A DNA stretch of 64,000 nt from an uncultured bacterium (GTDB lineage Bacteria; Babelota; Babeliae; Babelales; Babelaceae), in assembly GCA_963824495.1 (NCBI GenBank), contig CAWGPQ010000011.1, positions 32,001 through 96,000 on the forward strand, read 5' to 3'. This document shows, in pieces, positions 11,016 to 21,154 of the stretch. Position 1 is the first letter of the stretch. The number at the start of each line of letters is the position of its first letter. The notes under the pieces were generated by a model, which saw nothing but the letters and a program-made list of their open reading frames with translations, was not told the origin of the DNA and made no database searches. The position numbers were made by a program, and so were the translations under genes.

Positions 11016-12371
11016 TTAGCGCAATAAGAGCGAGTAATACAGGATACTAGCGAGAATAAGTGCAGCGCCAACGGTACGCTTTTCTAAGCTCCATGATGGG
11101 TGTAATTGCCAGGTATAAGCTGCGCTGAGGGTAAGTGCACAGTAGAGGATGAGTCGGGCACCCGCCATAAGCATGAGAACTGTGCTGGGTGTGTGGTTTA
11201 AGCAGATAAGGGCATAAGCAAGTATAAGAGCGCACAGGCTATTAAGAGAAAATATAACATGAGATTTTTCTTCAATTATGTACCATTTTTCGTAGAGTGC
11301 AAGAAATCCTTCTATAAAGCTCATGCTCATGATCGAAACGGTAAATAATAAGAGATTGATATCGGATGATACAGTAAAAATATGAGATCTATTTATAACA
11401 AGAATCAGCAAAAGAGCATAGAGTACCTGATGTAATCTATGAGTTACAAAAGTAAAAATTTCTTTCTTTGTAGTCAGTGATACATTCTTAGTTTGTGATA
11501 AAAGGGCCATGCCTGTCATGCCAAAGATCTTATGGGCAACAAGCGTTATCCACTGTGCTATAGAACTTGCTATCTTAAGAGCACTTGCTGATTCTACACC
11601 CAGACGAAATGCAAAGAACGACACTAAAAAATTTACTGAAAAGAGTTGACTTACCAGCTGATTGCCCCCTGTAAAGATACGTGCTTTAATCATGCGTGTG
11701 GCAAGCGAATAAGTATGATAGTTGTGATAATTGTGATGAGGCACCGGGGGTAGCTGACGATGCCAATGTAAAACTCCCAAGCTCAAGATACTTGCTTGAA
11801 CTAACGAAACGCAGAGCAGCGTAGCAAAAGAACAGGTTAAACTTAGGGTACCTGTTATAAGGTACCATGCCCATATTCCTAAGCAATAGACAAGCATCCC
11901 AATAACTTCAGTAAGCGCGGTAACTGGTGTATATAACGTAAGCTGCAGAAAAACCTTGAAAGTTTTCTTAATGCTTTCGCTTATCAGAGCAAGCGTGAGG
12001 ACAAAGATGAGCAGAGGTTCAGCTCGCATGAACTCAGGGAGCGGAAGCATAGGGGATTGCCAACAGGCAAGCACAAGGCAACAACTTACAATAAGCCATT
12101 GTGTTAGTACGAGAGAAAAAAGAACATGTGCGTGTGCCCTACTTTGAGAGAAATAATTGATAAAGGGCCCCAGAGAAAGGTCCAGTCCCATATTAACGAA
12201 AACGAGTGCAAGATAAAATGACGATAAAAGCGTGCCAAATTGTCCATGAAAGTGTATACCCATGCATGAGCGCACAAGCATATGATGCCCAACGAGCAGG
12301 CCCTGGGTAATCAACGAGTCGAGAGCATTCCATCGTGCTCCCTGCGTAAATGCTCTCGAAAAATTAAGCAT
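11016..12371 (-). CDS. Multi-pass membrane protein, flippase-like; probable paralog of the adjacent gene
   Basis: N-terminal FTQGARWNAL, ~12 TM segments, same layout as 9501..10997. Confidence 0.55.
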   Translation of the reverse strand: MLNFSRAFTQGARWNALDSLITQGLLVGHHMLVRSCMGIHFHGQFGTLLSSFYLALVFVNMGLDLSLGPFINYFSQSRAHAHVLFSLVLTQWLIVSCCLVLACWQSPMLPLPEFMRAEPLLIFVLTLALISESIKKTFKVFLQLTLYTPVTALTEVIGMLVYCLGIWAWYLITGTLSLTCSFATLLCVSLVQASILSLGVLHWHRQLPPVPHHNYHNYHTYSLATRMIKARIFTGGNQLVSQLFSVNFLVSFFAFRLGVESASALKIASSIAQWITLVAHKIFGMTGMALLSQTKNVSLTTKKEIFTFVTHRLHQVLYALLLILVINRSHIFTVSSDINLLLFTVSIMSMSFIEGFLALYEKWYIIEEKSHVIFSLNSLCALILAYALICLNHTPSTVLMLMAGARLILYCALTLSAAYTWQLHPSWSLEKRTVGAALILASILYYSLLLR

Positions 12372-12545
12372 ATTCTTATCACTAGAGATAGTATGAGAAT
12401 AGTTATTAAAAAGTGTTTACTAACACTTTTAATACTATAGCACGTTGAAAGCCAGTCGACGAGATTTTTTTATGTGCTATACTATACTATAAGGGTAAAG
12501 GCTTTTTCGAAGGTCATTGGACCAATGCGAAAGAGGATTACCTCC

Positions 12546-13100
12546 ATGTTTTCCTTGTATGAAAAAGTTGTTTACCCGGGACATGGCGTTGCTCAAATCA
12601 ATCGTATTATAGAAAAAATGGTTGGCGGTCACTCTACTGCCTACTATGAGTTAACATTTTTAAATAAAGATGTAACGGTTCTTGTTCCTACCCATAACGT
12701 CCTTAGCGTAGGTATACGTCCTTTGAGCTCCCATGAAAATGTTAATGATGTTTTTAAAACTATTGCAGAACCAGCACGTAAAATTAATCACTATGAGTTT
12801 AATGCGAGTAATTGGAATAAGCGACACAAAGAGTATCAGGTGAAGCTCAGGACAGGAAATTTGCGAGAACTTTCTGAAATTTACCGTGACTTACGATTTA
12901 TAGAGACGCAAAAAGAGCTCTCGTTTGGCGAAAAAAACCTACTTAATCAAACTGAAGCTCTCTTGGTTGAGGAGATATCGCTTGTTGAAAAACTTGAGCA
13001 CTGTAAAACAATAGAGCACTTGCGTTCATTATGCGCAGCTCATCAGAGGAACCGCTTAGCTGAGCAGCAAGAAGTCAAAAGAAAGTTGGAGGGAGCGTAA
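12546..13100 (+). CDS. carD: CarD-family RNA polymerase-binding regulator
   Basis: MFSLYEKVVYPGHGVAQI, WNKRHKEY.KLRTG and LSFGEK motifs; AGAGGA RBS before the ATG at 12546. Confidence 0.92.
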   Translation: MFSLYEKVVYPGHGVAQINRIIEKMVGGHSTAYYELTFLNKDVTVLVPTHNVLSVGIRPLSSHENVNDVFKTIAEPARKINHYEFNASNWNKRHKEYQVKLRTGNLRELSEIYRDLRFIETQKELSFGEKNLLNQTEALLVEEISLVEKLEHCKTIEHLRSLCAAHQRNRLAEQQEVKRKLEGA

Positions 13101-13128
13101 GCTCCCCCATAGTCTCTTGTTATAAAGG

Positions 13129-14148
13129 GTGATAAAAAAAGGTGATAAAACAGTTATGAATTTGGATTGTGCCGATCGTTTTTGTATTATGGTGCTTGGA
13201 CCTACAGGTGTTGGCAAAAGTGATTTTGCTCTCCAGCTTTCATATAAGGTGCCGGCAGAGATTATTAACTGCGATGTTTGCCAGTTTTATCAGCCTTTGA
13301 CTATAGGTACAGCAAAACCTGACTGGAAAGTACATGGTACCCCTCATCATGGGTATGACCTACTTACGCAACCGGTACAGTATGACGTTGTACGTTATCG
13401 TGAGTATCTGCTATCGATCATGAATGAGATATGGTCCCGTGGGAAAATACCCATACTTGTTGGTGGGTCACTTTTTTATAGCTACTCGCTCCTATTTCCG
13501 CCAGGCAGCTCTCTTTCGGGCAGGGTGTATGCTGCCGATCAAAAGACGACATATGAGCTTTGGCAAGAGCTTCATGTTCGCGATGAGAAGCGTGCCTTGG
13601 CTATCCACCTTCATGATCGCTATCGTATAGTACGAGCACTTTCAATTCTTGATGGTACTGGTATAAAACCGTCAGATATAAGACCAGCGTTTAGCCCGCC
13701 TTTTAGGAGCTTGATCTTGTTTCTCGATCGAGAACGCTCTGATCTTTATGATCGTATTAATAAACGGGTGGTTACTATGTTTCAGGAAGGCTGGCTCGAT
13801 GAAGTACAGGCCCTAACAGAACCATGGCGTATATTTTTAAAAACAAAAAAATGTATTGGTTATCCAGAAATTATTGATTTTCTTGAGCAGAAACAGCAGG
13901 AGAATATGCAGGAAAATGAGTATGCCTATAGTCAGCTTATGGCACGTATCCAGCGAAAAACAAGAAATTATGCCAAGCGGCAACTTACTTACTGGCGTAT
14001 GCTCAAGCGCCAGCTTACCCAAGCTCAAGCAGGATTGGGGGTACAGCCTATTGAGATCCAAGAGCTCAACTTGACTTTCTTGGATGTTGCTTTATACATA
14101 AGGCAATTATCTGATAAACTTATGCATAACGTTCGATGTTCCTTATGA
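13129..14148 (+). CDS. miaA: tRNA dimethylallyltransferase
   Basis: GPTGVGKS, IGTAKP, VGGSLFY, IGYPE, TRNYAKRQLTY. Confidence 0.95.
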   Translation: MIKKGDKTVMNLDCADRFCIMVLGPTGVGKSDFALQLSYKVPAEIINCDVCQFYQPLTIGTAKPDWKVHGTPHHGYDLLTQPVQYDVVRYREYLLSIMNEIWSRGKIPILVGGSLFYSYSLLFPPGSSLSGRVYAADQKTTYELWQELHVRDEKRALAIHLHDRYRIVRALSILDGTGIKPSDIRPAFSPPFRSLILFLDRERSDLYDRINKRVVTMFQEGWLDEVQALTEPWRIFLKTKKCIGYPEIIDFLEQKQQENMQENEYAYSQLMARIQRKTRNYAKRQLTYWRMLKRQLTQAQAGLGVQPIEIQELNLTFLDVALYIRQLSDKLMHNVRCSL

Positions 14149-14723
14149 AACAAGATGAAACAAGCAAAAAACTAAATTATACTGTTGATCTCACGCATGT
14201 TCATATGAGCCGCATAAGCGCACTTGGTATCTTAGGAGCGTTTTTTATTTTTATGGCAGGTTACTATTGGGGAAAAAAGGGTGCTGCTGAAGACTTGACG
14301 CATATGGTTGCTCATGAATCATTGGCAGATAAAGTATATAGCTCAGTATGCTCACGCTATAAACCTCAAGCAGAGCAGTCCGGAGATGCCGAAGGTGCTC
14401 ATGAGGTGCGAGAGGCACAAGAGGCAGCGTTATCTGAATCAGCTAGTAACCAGCTTCCTTTTAAGCGATTTTCTGCAGAATTAATAGGATTTGGCTCACG
14501 TAAAGCTGCAGGTGATTATGTAAAGCGATTGGCTGCACGTGGTATTGCAGCTGAAAGTGTTGAACGTGTAAGCAGGACAGCACAGGGCAAGCGTCGAATT
14601 TGGTATCAAGTGGTTACGCCACCCATGGGCTATGAGGAACTTTGTTCATTGGTGGCTATGCTGAAAACTGTTGATCATCTTACCGGTGAAAAAATCATTG
14701 AACTAGCTTCTGAAACATCATGA
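14136..14723 (+). CDS. Membrane-anchored SPOR-like domain protein
   Basis: Single N-terminal TM (FFIFMAGYYWGK); C-terminal GF.SRKAA...L...G...WYQV pattern. Confidence 0.55.
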   Translation: MFLMKQDETSKKLNYTVDLTHVHMSRISALGILGAFFIFMAGYYWGKKGAAEDLTHMVAHESLADKVYSSVCSRYKPQAEQSGDAEGAHEVREAQEAALSESASNQLPFKRFSAELIGFGSRKAAGDYVKRLAARGIAAESVERVSRTAQGKRRIWYQVVTPPMGYEELCSLVAMLKTVDHLTGEKIIELASETS

Positions 14724-14744
14724 ATAAAAAGATAATGAAAGGTT

Positions 14745-16439
14745 TTGTGTATGATAGCTCTTATACGTAGACGCATTAGCCAAAAAGCTTATAAAGCTCT
14801 TTTATGGGTTACGGTATTTTCGCTTGTAGGATTCTCTACCATAACAAGTCTTTTTAAGCGACTGGGCAGTGGAAGCCCTCGGGAGATCGCTGAAGTTAAC
14901 GGTTATGAAATTTCTCCTCGTGAATTTCGTCGTAAAACGGCAGAAGAAGAGCGACGGCTTCAGAGCTTTAAGCAGCGCTTTGGCGATAGCGCACTCGCAA
15001 TGCTTCAATCAATGGGGATAAGCGGTAAGCCTGAAGAGCTGGCATTGCAATCATTAGTGCATGAAAAACTGCTTATAGAAACTGCCGATAAGCTCAAACT
15101 TCGTCTCGCACCGGAGTATGTTGCGATGAAAATGCGTGACCCGGTATTTATGATTCAAGCATTAAGTGATTTAATTCCTCCATTTGCCTTTACCGAAGCA
15201 GGCATAGATTACCCAACGTTATTTAAGTATTTACAGCGCCAAGGCATTTCAGTCAATGATTTTGATGAGTTGGTAGAGAATGCGATCAAGCAGCATCTTG
15301 TACTTGAACTCGCACAAGGTGCTTTGTATGTACCGGAGGCTGCGCTTAAAGAACGGTTTATCCGCGATTATCTTAAAAAGAAATATGCTCTTATGACTAT
15401 TCCACTTTCCTATTATAGTCAAGAGGTTACACAAGAGTCTGGGGTAAAAGTGGTAAAACCTGAAGAACTACAGGAGTTCTTTACGCAAGAAAATGCTCTA
15501 CGCAAACGTTACGTAGTACCTGAAAAGCGCAATGGTATAACATGGACATTTAAACCACAGGACTATGGCATTACTCTCTCAGATAAAGAAATCGAAGAAT
15601 ATTATCAGAAAAATAAGCAGCTTTTTATACGTAAAACGGAACAATTAGCTGAGCAAAAGAACGTACCGCAAGAAGCAAGCTATAAAGATTTGACAGAGGT
15701 GGGTAACGAGATTAAGCAACGCTTAGAACAAGAAAAGTTCAAAAAACAGTTTGCGGCCGATGCGCAGCGTACTATCAAGCAAGCGGAAGCATCACCGGAG
15801 CTATTTGATCAATTTGTACAAGCACATCATGGACAAAAATCTAATCTTGAGCATCAAGAGAAAACAAACTCTCGCAAAATTCAAAAGCTCTTTGATCTGT
15901 CTGAAGGCAAAAAAGCGTTCGTGCTTGAAGATGGCACCGGCTCTATTATGCAGCTCATAAATAGAGAAAAGAGCTATACGCCATCGCTTGATACTATTAA
16001 AGACCAGGTACTTCATGACCTTTATATTCAGCGAGCACGTGAAAGGCTTGCAGGTGATCTTGTACAGGTTTCTTCTCTTACGCTTGATCAACTACGTGAT
16101 TTTGCCAAAAAACATGGGGGAAGCGTAGAGGTAACTGACTGGCTTGCTCCTGATATGCAATCTGTCTGGTCATCACTTGAAAAGCGTGGCTTTCCCGGAC
16201 AAGCCATGATGGCTATGACGGTTACAGGGGCTCACGCTGATCTGCTTACGCCTGAAGCAGGACAGTATGCTCAAGCTATTGAAATAGAGCCCTTTGATAG
16301 CGCACGTTTTAATGAGCGCAAAAATGATCTATGGCGTGCTCTGTATGCAGAAGAGGCCCAGCAATTTTCTTATGGTCTTATTGCTTCTTTACAGAAAAAT
16401 GCTACAATTAAAATTAATAGCTCAGCAGTACGTTATTAA
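14745..16439 (+). CDS. SurA-N domain / PpiD-like periplasmic chaperone
   Basis: N-terminal TM, IAEVNGYEISPREF, IEEYYQKNK, C-terminal L.KNATIKIN. Confidence 0.75.
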   Translation: MCMIALIRRRISQKAYKALLWVTVFSLVGFSTITSLFKRLGSGSPREIAEVNGYEISPREFRRKTAEEERRLQSFKQRFGDSALAMLQSMGISGKPEELALQSLVHEKLLIETADKLKLRLAPEYVAMKMRDPVFMIQALSDLIPPFAFTEAGIDYPTLFKYLQRQGISVNDFDELVENAIKQHLVLELAQGALYVPEAALKERFIRDYLKKKYALMTIPLSYYSQEVTQESGVKVVKPEELQEFFTQENALRKRYVVPEKRNGITWTFKPQDYGITLSDKEIEEYYQKNKQLFIRKTEQLAEQKNVPQEASYKDLTEVGNEIKQRLEQEKFKKQFAADAQRTIKQAEASPELFDQFVQAHHGQKSNLEHQEKTNSRKIQKLFDLSEGKKAFVLEDGTGSIMQLINREKSYTPSLDTIKDQVLHDLYIQRARERLAGDLVQVSSLTLDQLRDFAKKHGGSVEVTDWLAPDMQSVWSSLEKRGFPGQAMMAMTVTGAHADLLTPEAGQYAQAIEIEPFDSARFNERKNDLWRALYAEEAQQFSYGLIASLQKNATIKINSSAVRY

Positions 16440-16475
16440 GTACATATCATCAAAGATTGCTTTATAGGTGAATCA

Positions 16476-17513
16476 GTGACTCGAGAATCAGAAATAGTTG
16501 CCAAGAAAAAGGCACTTGAGGTTACCTTTTCCCAAATCGATAAGCAATATGGTAAGGGATCCGTTATGCTGCTCGGACAGACAGCCGCACAGCACATTGA
16601 CGCAATTTCAACCGGATCACTTCTTATTGATCAAGCGATAGGTATAAAAGGTTTTCCTCGTGGACGTATTGTTGAGATTTATGGGCCTGAAGCATCAGGC
16701 AAAACTACTCTTGCTCTGCAAGCTATAGCGCAAGCTCAAAAGGCAGGAGGTATCTGTGCATTTATAGATGCTGAGCATGCCCTTGATCCACTCTATGCAA
16801 CAAAGCTTGGAATTAATATAAACGATCTTGTTATATCCCAGCCAGACTATGGCGAACAGGCACTCGATATCGCAGAAAAGCTTACCCGTTCAGGCGCGGT
16901 CGATATTATTGTTATTGACTCAGTTGCAGCGCTCGTGCCAAAAGCTGAACTCGATGGTGATATGGGTGATGTGCATGTTGGGCTTCAAGCACGCCTTATG
17001 TCACAAGCCTTGCGCAAGCTAACGCCTGTTGTTCACCAATCGAAAACCGTGTTACTGTTTATTAATCAAATACGTCATAATATTAACGCTATGGCATTTG
17101 CCTCAAAAGAAGTAACAACGGGAGGTCAAGCACTTAAATTTTATGCTTCGCTACGTATTGACGTGCGTAGAATTGAAAGCATTAAAGATAAAGATGGATC
17201 ACATAAAGGCAATAGGGTACGCGTTAAGATTGCCAAAAATAAGATGGCACCACCATTTAAATGCGTTGAGCTTGATCTCTTATTTGGTGAGGGAATCAGT
17301 AAAGAACTTGAAATGATCGATGCGGCATTAACCCATCGGATCATAACCCAGTCAGGCTCATGGTTCTCCTTTAATGGTGAAAAAATCGCACAGGGAAGAG
17401 AGCACGTATTTTCGGTCCTCAAGACTGATGCAGAACTTGCGCACAAAATTGAAACACAAGTGCATGCAGCGCTAGCTGCTGGTGCTAATATTGAAACATT
17501 AGCAGAAGAATAA
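16476..17513 (+). CDS. recA: Recombinase RecA
   Basis: [43 protein letters not shown]. Confidence 0.99.
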   Translation: MTRESEIVAKKKALEVTFSQIDKQYGKGSVMLLGQTAAQHIDAISTGSLLIDQAIGIKGFPRGRIVEIYGPEASGKTTLALQAIAQAQKAGGICAFIDAEHALDPLYATKLGININDLVISQPDYGEQALDIAEKLTRSGAVDIIVIDSVAALVPKAELDGDMGDVHVGLQARLMSQALRKLTPVVHQSKTVLLFINQIRHNINAMAFASKEVTTGGQALKFYASLRIDVRRIESIKDKDGSHKGNRVRVKIAKNKMAPPFKCVELDLLFGEGISKELEMIDAALTHRIITQSGSWFSFNGEKIAQGREHVFSVLKTDAELAHKIETQVHAALAAGANIETLAEE

Positions 17514-17533
17514 GGAGTAGATAAACGGTACCT

Positions 17534-18085
17534 ATGACGCTGAAAGCAAGAACCGACATAACGACACCCTTGATTAATGAAAAAATACGTTTTGATCGTA
17601 TGCAACTTATTTCCCATGAAGGAAAAAACGTTGGTATAGTATCGCGTGAAGAGGCACTACGCATGGCACGTCAAGCTAGTCTTGATCTTGTTATTATTGC
17701 AGAAAGTGGCAGCGAGGGATACCCTGTAGCTAAGGTTATGGATTTCGGTAAAGCTAGCTATGCCAAAAAAAAGCAGCAGACAGAGGCTAAGAAAAAACAG
17801 CAAGTAATTCAAATTAAAGAATTAAAAATCCGTCCTAAGATCGGTGAGCATGATTTTCAAACTAAAATGAACCAAGGCTTGCAGTTTCTTAACGAGGGTA
17901 AACGTCTTAAAATTACGCTTATGTTTCGGGGCCGTGAGATTTCAATGAAAGAAGAGCGTGGCACTGAGATTTTTAATAAAATACAGGGCATGTTCGATCA
18001 AGCGGGGCTCAGTAAATATCTTGTTCAAGAAAAAGATCTTAAAACACCGCAGCTATGGAGCCGTGTCTATTATCTTAAGAAGTAG
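17534..18085 (+). CDS. infC: Translation initiation factor IF-3
   Basis: INEKIR, LDLV, KVMDFGK, KELKIRPKIGEHD, MFRGRE; followed by rpmI-rplT. Confidence 0.97.
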   Translation: MTLKARTDITTPLINEKIRFDRMQLISHEGKNVGIVSREEALRMARQASLDLVIIAESGSEGYPVAKVMDFGKASYAKKKQQTEAKKKQQVIQIKELKIRPKIGEHDFQTKMNQGLQFLNEGKRLKITLMFRGREISMKEERGTEIFNKIQGMFDQAGLSKYLVQEKDLKTPQLWSRVYYLKK

Positions 18086-18093
18086 GATACCTC

Positions 18094-18288
18094 ATGCCTA
18101 AAGTAAAAACCCATTCTGGGGCTAAAAAAAGAATTAAAAAACTTAAAAGTGCTCTCTTTAAAGCAGCACACCCTTACCGCCGTAAGCACTTGACACAAAA
18201 ATCGGGGCATAAGAAACGTCATTTGCGTAAAGCTTTCTATATTAGCAAAGCAGATGCTCGGCATATTGCCCATTTGATGCCATATTAG
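18094..18288 (+). CDS. rpmI: 50S ribosomal protein L35
   Basis: MPKVKTHSGAKKR and operon position. Confidence 0.97.
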   Translation: MPKVKTHSGAKKRIKKLKSALFKAAHPYRRKHLTQKSGHKKRHLRKAFYISKADARHIAHLMPY

Positions 18289-18300
18289 AAGGATAGCGTT

Positions 18301-18648
18301 ATGACTCGAGTAAAACGTGGTATAGTTACCAAAAAGCGCCACAAGAGATTATTAAAGCAAACAAAGAGTTACTGGGGCCAGCGTAAAAATATCTTTAAAC
18401 GTGCTAAAGAAACCCTGGTGCGTGCTCTAGCATTTGCATATAGAGGGCGTAAGCTTAAAAAGCGTGACATGCGAGCACTGTTTATTATGCGGATTAAAGC
18501 AGCTGCTGAAGCTCATGACATGAAATATAATACGTTAATGCATGGGCTTAAAAAAGCAGATGTACAACTTAATCGTAAAATGCTGAGCCAATTGGCTATT
18601 TATGATCCAGAAGTATTTACGCAGATCGTTAAAATAACGCAACGGTAA
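18301..18648 (+). CDS. rplT: 50S ribosomal protein L20
   Basis: MTRVKRG, AYRGRKLKKRDMR, LNRKMLSQLA. Confidence 0.98.
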   Translation: MTRVKRGIVTKKRHKRLLKQTKSYWGQRKNIFKRAKETLVRALAFAYRGRKLKKRDMRALFIMRIKAAAEAHDMKYNTLMHGLKKADVQLNRKMLSQLAIYDPEVFTQIVKITQR

Positions 18649-18669
18649 TCCCTTTTTTATAACGTCTTC

Positions 18670-18699
18670 TTGACAAGCGTTGGTTCTTATTATTACAAT
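18670..18699 (+). promoter_or_regulatory. Sigma70-type promoter for the zapB-like/zapA genes
   Basis: TTGACA-N18-TACAAT. Confidence 0.5.
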
Positions 18700-18762
18700 C
18701 AACCTCGTGTAGATGAAGTCAGCATGATAGCTATCATGCGTGTAGGAAAAAAGGAGATTTTC

Positions 18763-19101
18763 ATGCAAAAACTCAATATTCTTGAACAAAAGATAGCAGA
18801 TTTGATTGAGCGTATAAAAGAACTTCGAGCAGATGTTGCTCAAAAAGCCGCGGAAAACTCAGCACTTAAAGAGCAACTTGAAAAAAGGGTTGAAGAGCAA
18901 CTCAATCTCCAAGATCAAGTTGAAAAGCTGGAGAGCTCATTGCTTGTGCAGCATCAAAAACTAGAAAAGCTTGAGAACTCATTGCTTGCGCAGCATCAGA
19001 ATATCGAGACTCTCAGCCAAGAACGCGAGATGACCCTGGCAGCCCTCGATAATGTGATAGAGAGTATTAATTTTCTTGTCGAGCATGAGCCACAACAATG
19101 A
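18763..19101 (+). CDS. ZapB-like coiled-coil protein
   Basis: MQKLNILEQKIADLIERIKELR heptads, AAGGAG RBS, overlaps zapA start; internal 42-bp (14-aa) tandem duplication at ~18922-19005. Confidence 0.7.
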   Translation: MQKLNILEQKIADLIERIKELRADVAQKAAENSALKEQLEKRVEEQLNLQDQVEKLESSLLVQHQKLEKLENSLLAQHQNIETLSQEREMTLAALDNVIESINFLVEHEPQQ

Positions 19102-19358
19102 GCAACGAAGTTAAAAAATATAAAGTCTCTATTTTTGGGGAGACTTATACACTTGTAAGCGATGAGACAGATGAGCAGATTATAGCAGCTGCTCATGCTG
19201 TCGATATACTTATGAGAGAAATATCAGAGAAGTCCCATCTGGCTGACCCTAAGCGCATCTCAATACTTGCCGCGCTTCAATTGGCAAGTCAGTTGAAAAT
19301 GATTGAATCAGAGCATATGCGATTGAGTAGCCATATTGATCAGGTATTTTTGAGATAA
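19098..19358 (+). CDS. zapA: Cell division protein ZapA
   Basis: VSIFGETYTL...VD..MREI...ILAALQLA; zapA-rny synteny. Confidence 0.9.
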   Translation: MSNEVKKYKVSIFGETYTLVSDETDEQIIAAAHAVDILMREISEKSHLADPKRISILAALQLASQLKMIESEHMRLSSHIDQVFLR

Positions 19359-19363
19359 TTATC

Positions 19364-19550
19364 GTGCTATCGTCCTGCTTTCTAAAGGATGATAGCACCC
19401 CGTCTGAGCGCATTCTACGTGTGCTTAAAACACAAGCTATATCAAAAAATTCTATAGTTTGCTAAACTGTTATCATAAACTATTATCATGAATAGCTATA
19501 TATACCCGCTCTCTTGGGCATGAAGTGCCGAGAGCTTTTAATGCTTAGAT
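19364..19550 (+). ncRNA. Candidate structured RNA (possible 6S/SsrS) between zapA and rny
   Basis: Position typical of ssrS; pairings GTGCTATCGTCCT/AGGATGATAGCAC, TCTGAGC.CATT/AATGCTTAGA, AGCTAT/ATAGCT and GCTCTC/GAGAGC. Confidence 0.4.
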
Positions 19551-19563
19551 AGGAAGAACCAAC

Positions 19564-21123
19564 ATGATTGTTTTATTTAGCGTACTAGGGGCGGCAGCCC
19601 TTACAGTAGGTAGTGTACTCATGACACTATTTACCCAAAGAAAATTTACAAGAGCACACTACCTCTTACTTGAAGCCCGGCAAACACGTGAAAATATTAA
19701 AAAAGAGATTGATGCAGAGCGCAGAGAAGCGCTTATCAAACTCAAAGATGAATTATACAAAAAACGTAATGAATTTGATCTTGACATAAAACGCGAGCGC
19801 CTTGAGCTTGAGCGATTTCAAACAAAGCTTAACGTTAAATATGATAGTATTGAAAAAAAAGAACAGCGCCTTGAAGAGCTCCAACGAGAACTTCAGCAAA
19901 AAGAGCGGTCGATCTCTCGTACTACAGATCAGCTGAGGCTGAATGAGCAGCGGCTTAAAGCTCTCTATGATGAGCTTATAGCAAAGCTCGAAAACGTTAC
20001 GAACATGACAAAAGATGAAGCACGACAAGCCCTTGTCGACACCCTTCAAGCTGAAGTTCGTCATACGCAAGAAAAATGGATACAGAAAGTTGAAGAAGAA
20101 GCACGACAAACTGCCAAAGAAAAATCTATCCAAATTATTGCCAATGCTATGCAGCGTTATTCAGCTGATCAAGTGTCGCCTCATTCCTCAGGTATTGTGC
20201 ATCTGCCTAATGATGAGATGAAAGGTCGGATTATCGGCAAAGAGGGACGTAATATCAAGGCCCTTGAGGGAAGAACAGGCATGGAGTTTGTTATCGGTGA
20301 TACTCCCGAAATAATCACCATTTCTGGTTTTAACCCTGTCAGACGTGAAGTTGCTCGTCGGGCTCTCGAAAAACTTATCGCTGATGGTCGTATTAATCCA
20401 ACACGTATTGAAGAAACGGTGGATCAATGCGAAAAAGAAATTGAAGAAATGATCGAAGAACATGGTAAACAGGCAATTCTTCAGTTTAATCTTCAAGGAG
20501 TAAAGCCTGAGCTTGTTTCTATGCTTGGTAGACTTTACTTTCGTACAAGCTTCTCGCAAAATGTTCTATCACATAGTATAGAGGTTGGAATTTTTGCTCG
20601 TATGCTTGCTGAAGAATTAGGGTTGCCTCATCCCGAAATTGCCCTACGCGGCGGCCTATTTCATGATATTGGTAAGGCACTATCCGCTGAACATGAAGGT
20701 CCTCATGCGCTTATCGGTGCTGATATAGCAAAACGTTGTGGTGAAGATCCACTTGTTGTTAATGCCATCGCAGCACATCATGAAGAGGTTCCCTTCAGCT
20801 CTATTTATAGCATCCTCGTCACTGTTGCTGACGGTATATCAGCTGCTCGCCCTGGAGCGCGACGAGAAACGCTTTCTACGTATATTAAGCGTCTTGAAAA
20901 GCTTGAAGAAATTGCCCAAGCATTTGAAGGTGTTAAAAAAGCCTTTGCTGTTCAAGCTGGCCGAGAAATTCGCGTTATTGTTGAAGAAGACGTTCTTGAT
21001 GATGATAGAACGCTGGCTCTTGCACGCGATATCGCCTATAAAATCGAACGGGAGATGTCCTTTCCTGGTCAAATTAAAGTGAATGTTATTCGAGAAAAGC
21101 GTGCTATCGAGTATGCTCGCTAA
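19564..21123 (+). CDS. rny: Ribonuclease Y
   Basis: N-terminal TM, coiled coil, KH domain (MKGRIIGKEGRNI), HD domain (HDIGK, AAHH), SAARPGARRE. Confidence 0.98.
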   Translation: MIVLFSVLGAAALTVGSVLMTLFTQRKFTRAHYLLLEARQTRENIKKEIDAERREALIKLKDELYKKRNEFDLDIKRERLELERFQTKLNVKYDSIEKKEQRLEELQRELQQKERSISRTTDQLRLNEQRLKALYDELIAKLENVTNMTKDEARQALVDTLQAEVRHTQEKWIQKVEEEARQTAKEKSIQIIANAMQRYSADQVSPHSSGIVHLPNDEMKGRIIGKEGRNIKALEGRTGMEFVIGDTPEIITISGFNPVRREVARRALEKLIADGRINPTRIEETVDQCEKEIEEMIEEHGKQAILQFNLQGVKPELVSMLGRLYFRTSFSQNVLSHSIEVGIFARMLAEELGLPHPEIALRGGLFHDIGKALSAEHEGPHALIGADIAKRCGEDPLVVNAIAAHHEEVPFSSIYSILVTVADGISAARPGARRETLSTYIKRLEKLEEIAQAFEGVKKAFAVQAGREIRVIVEEDVLDDDRTLALARDIAYKIEREMSFPGQIKVNVIREKRAIEYAR

Positions 21124-21154
21124 CGGTACTTCTAGCAGTACTCTGGATATTTAA

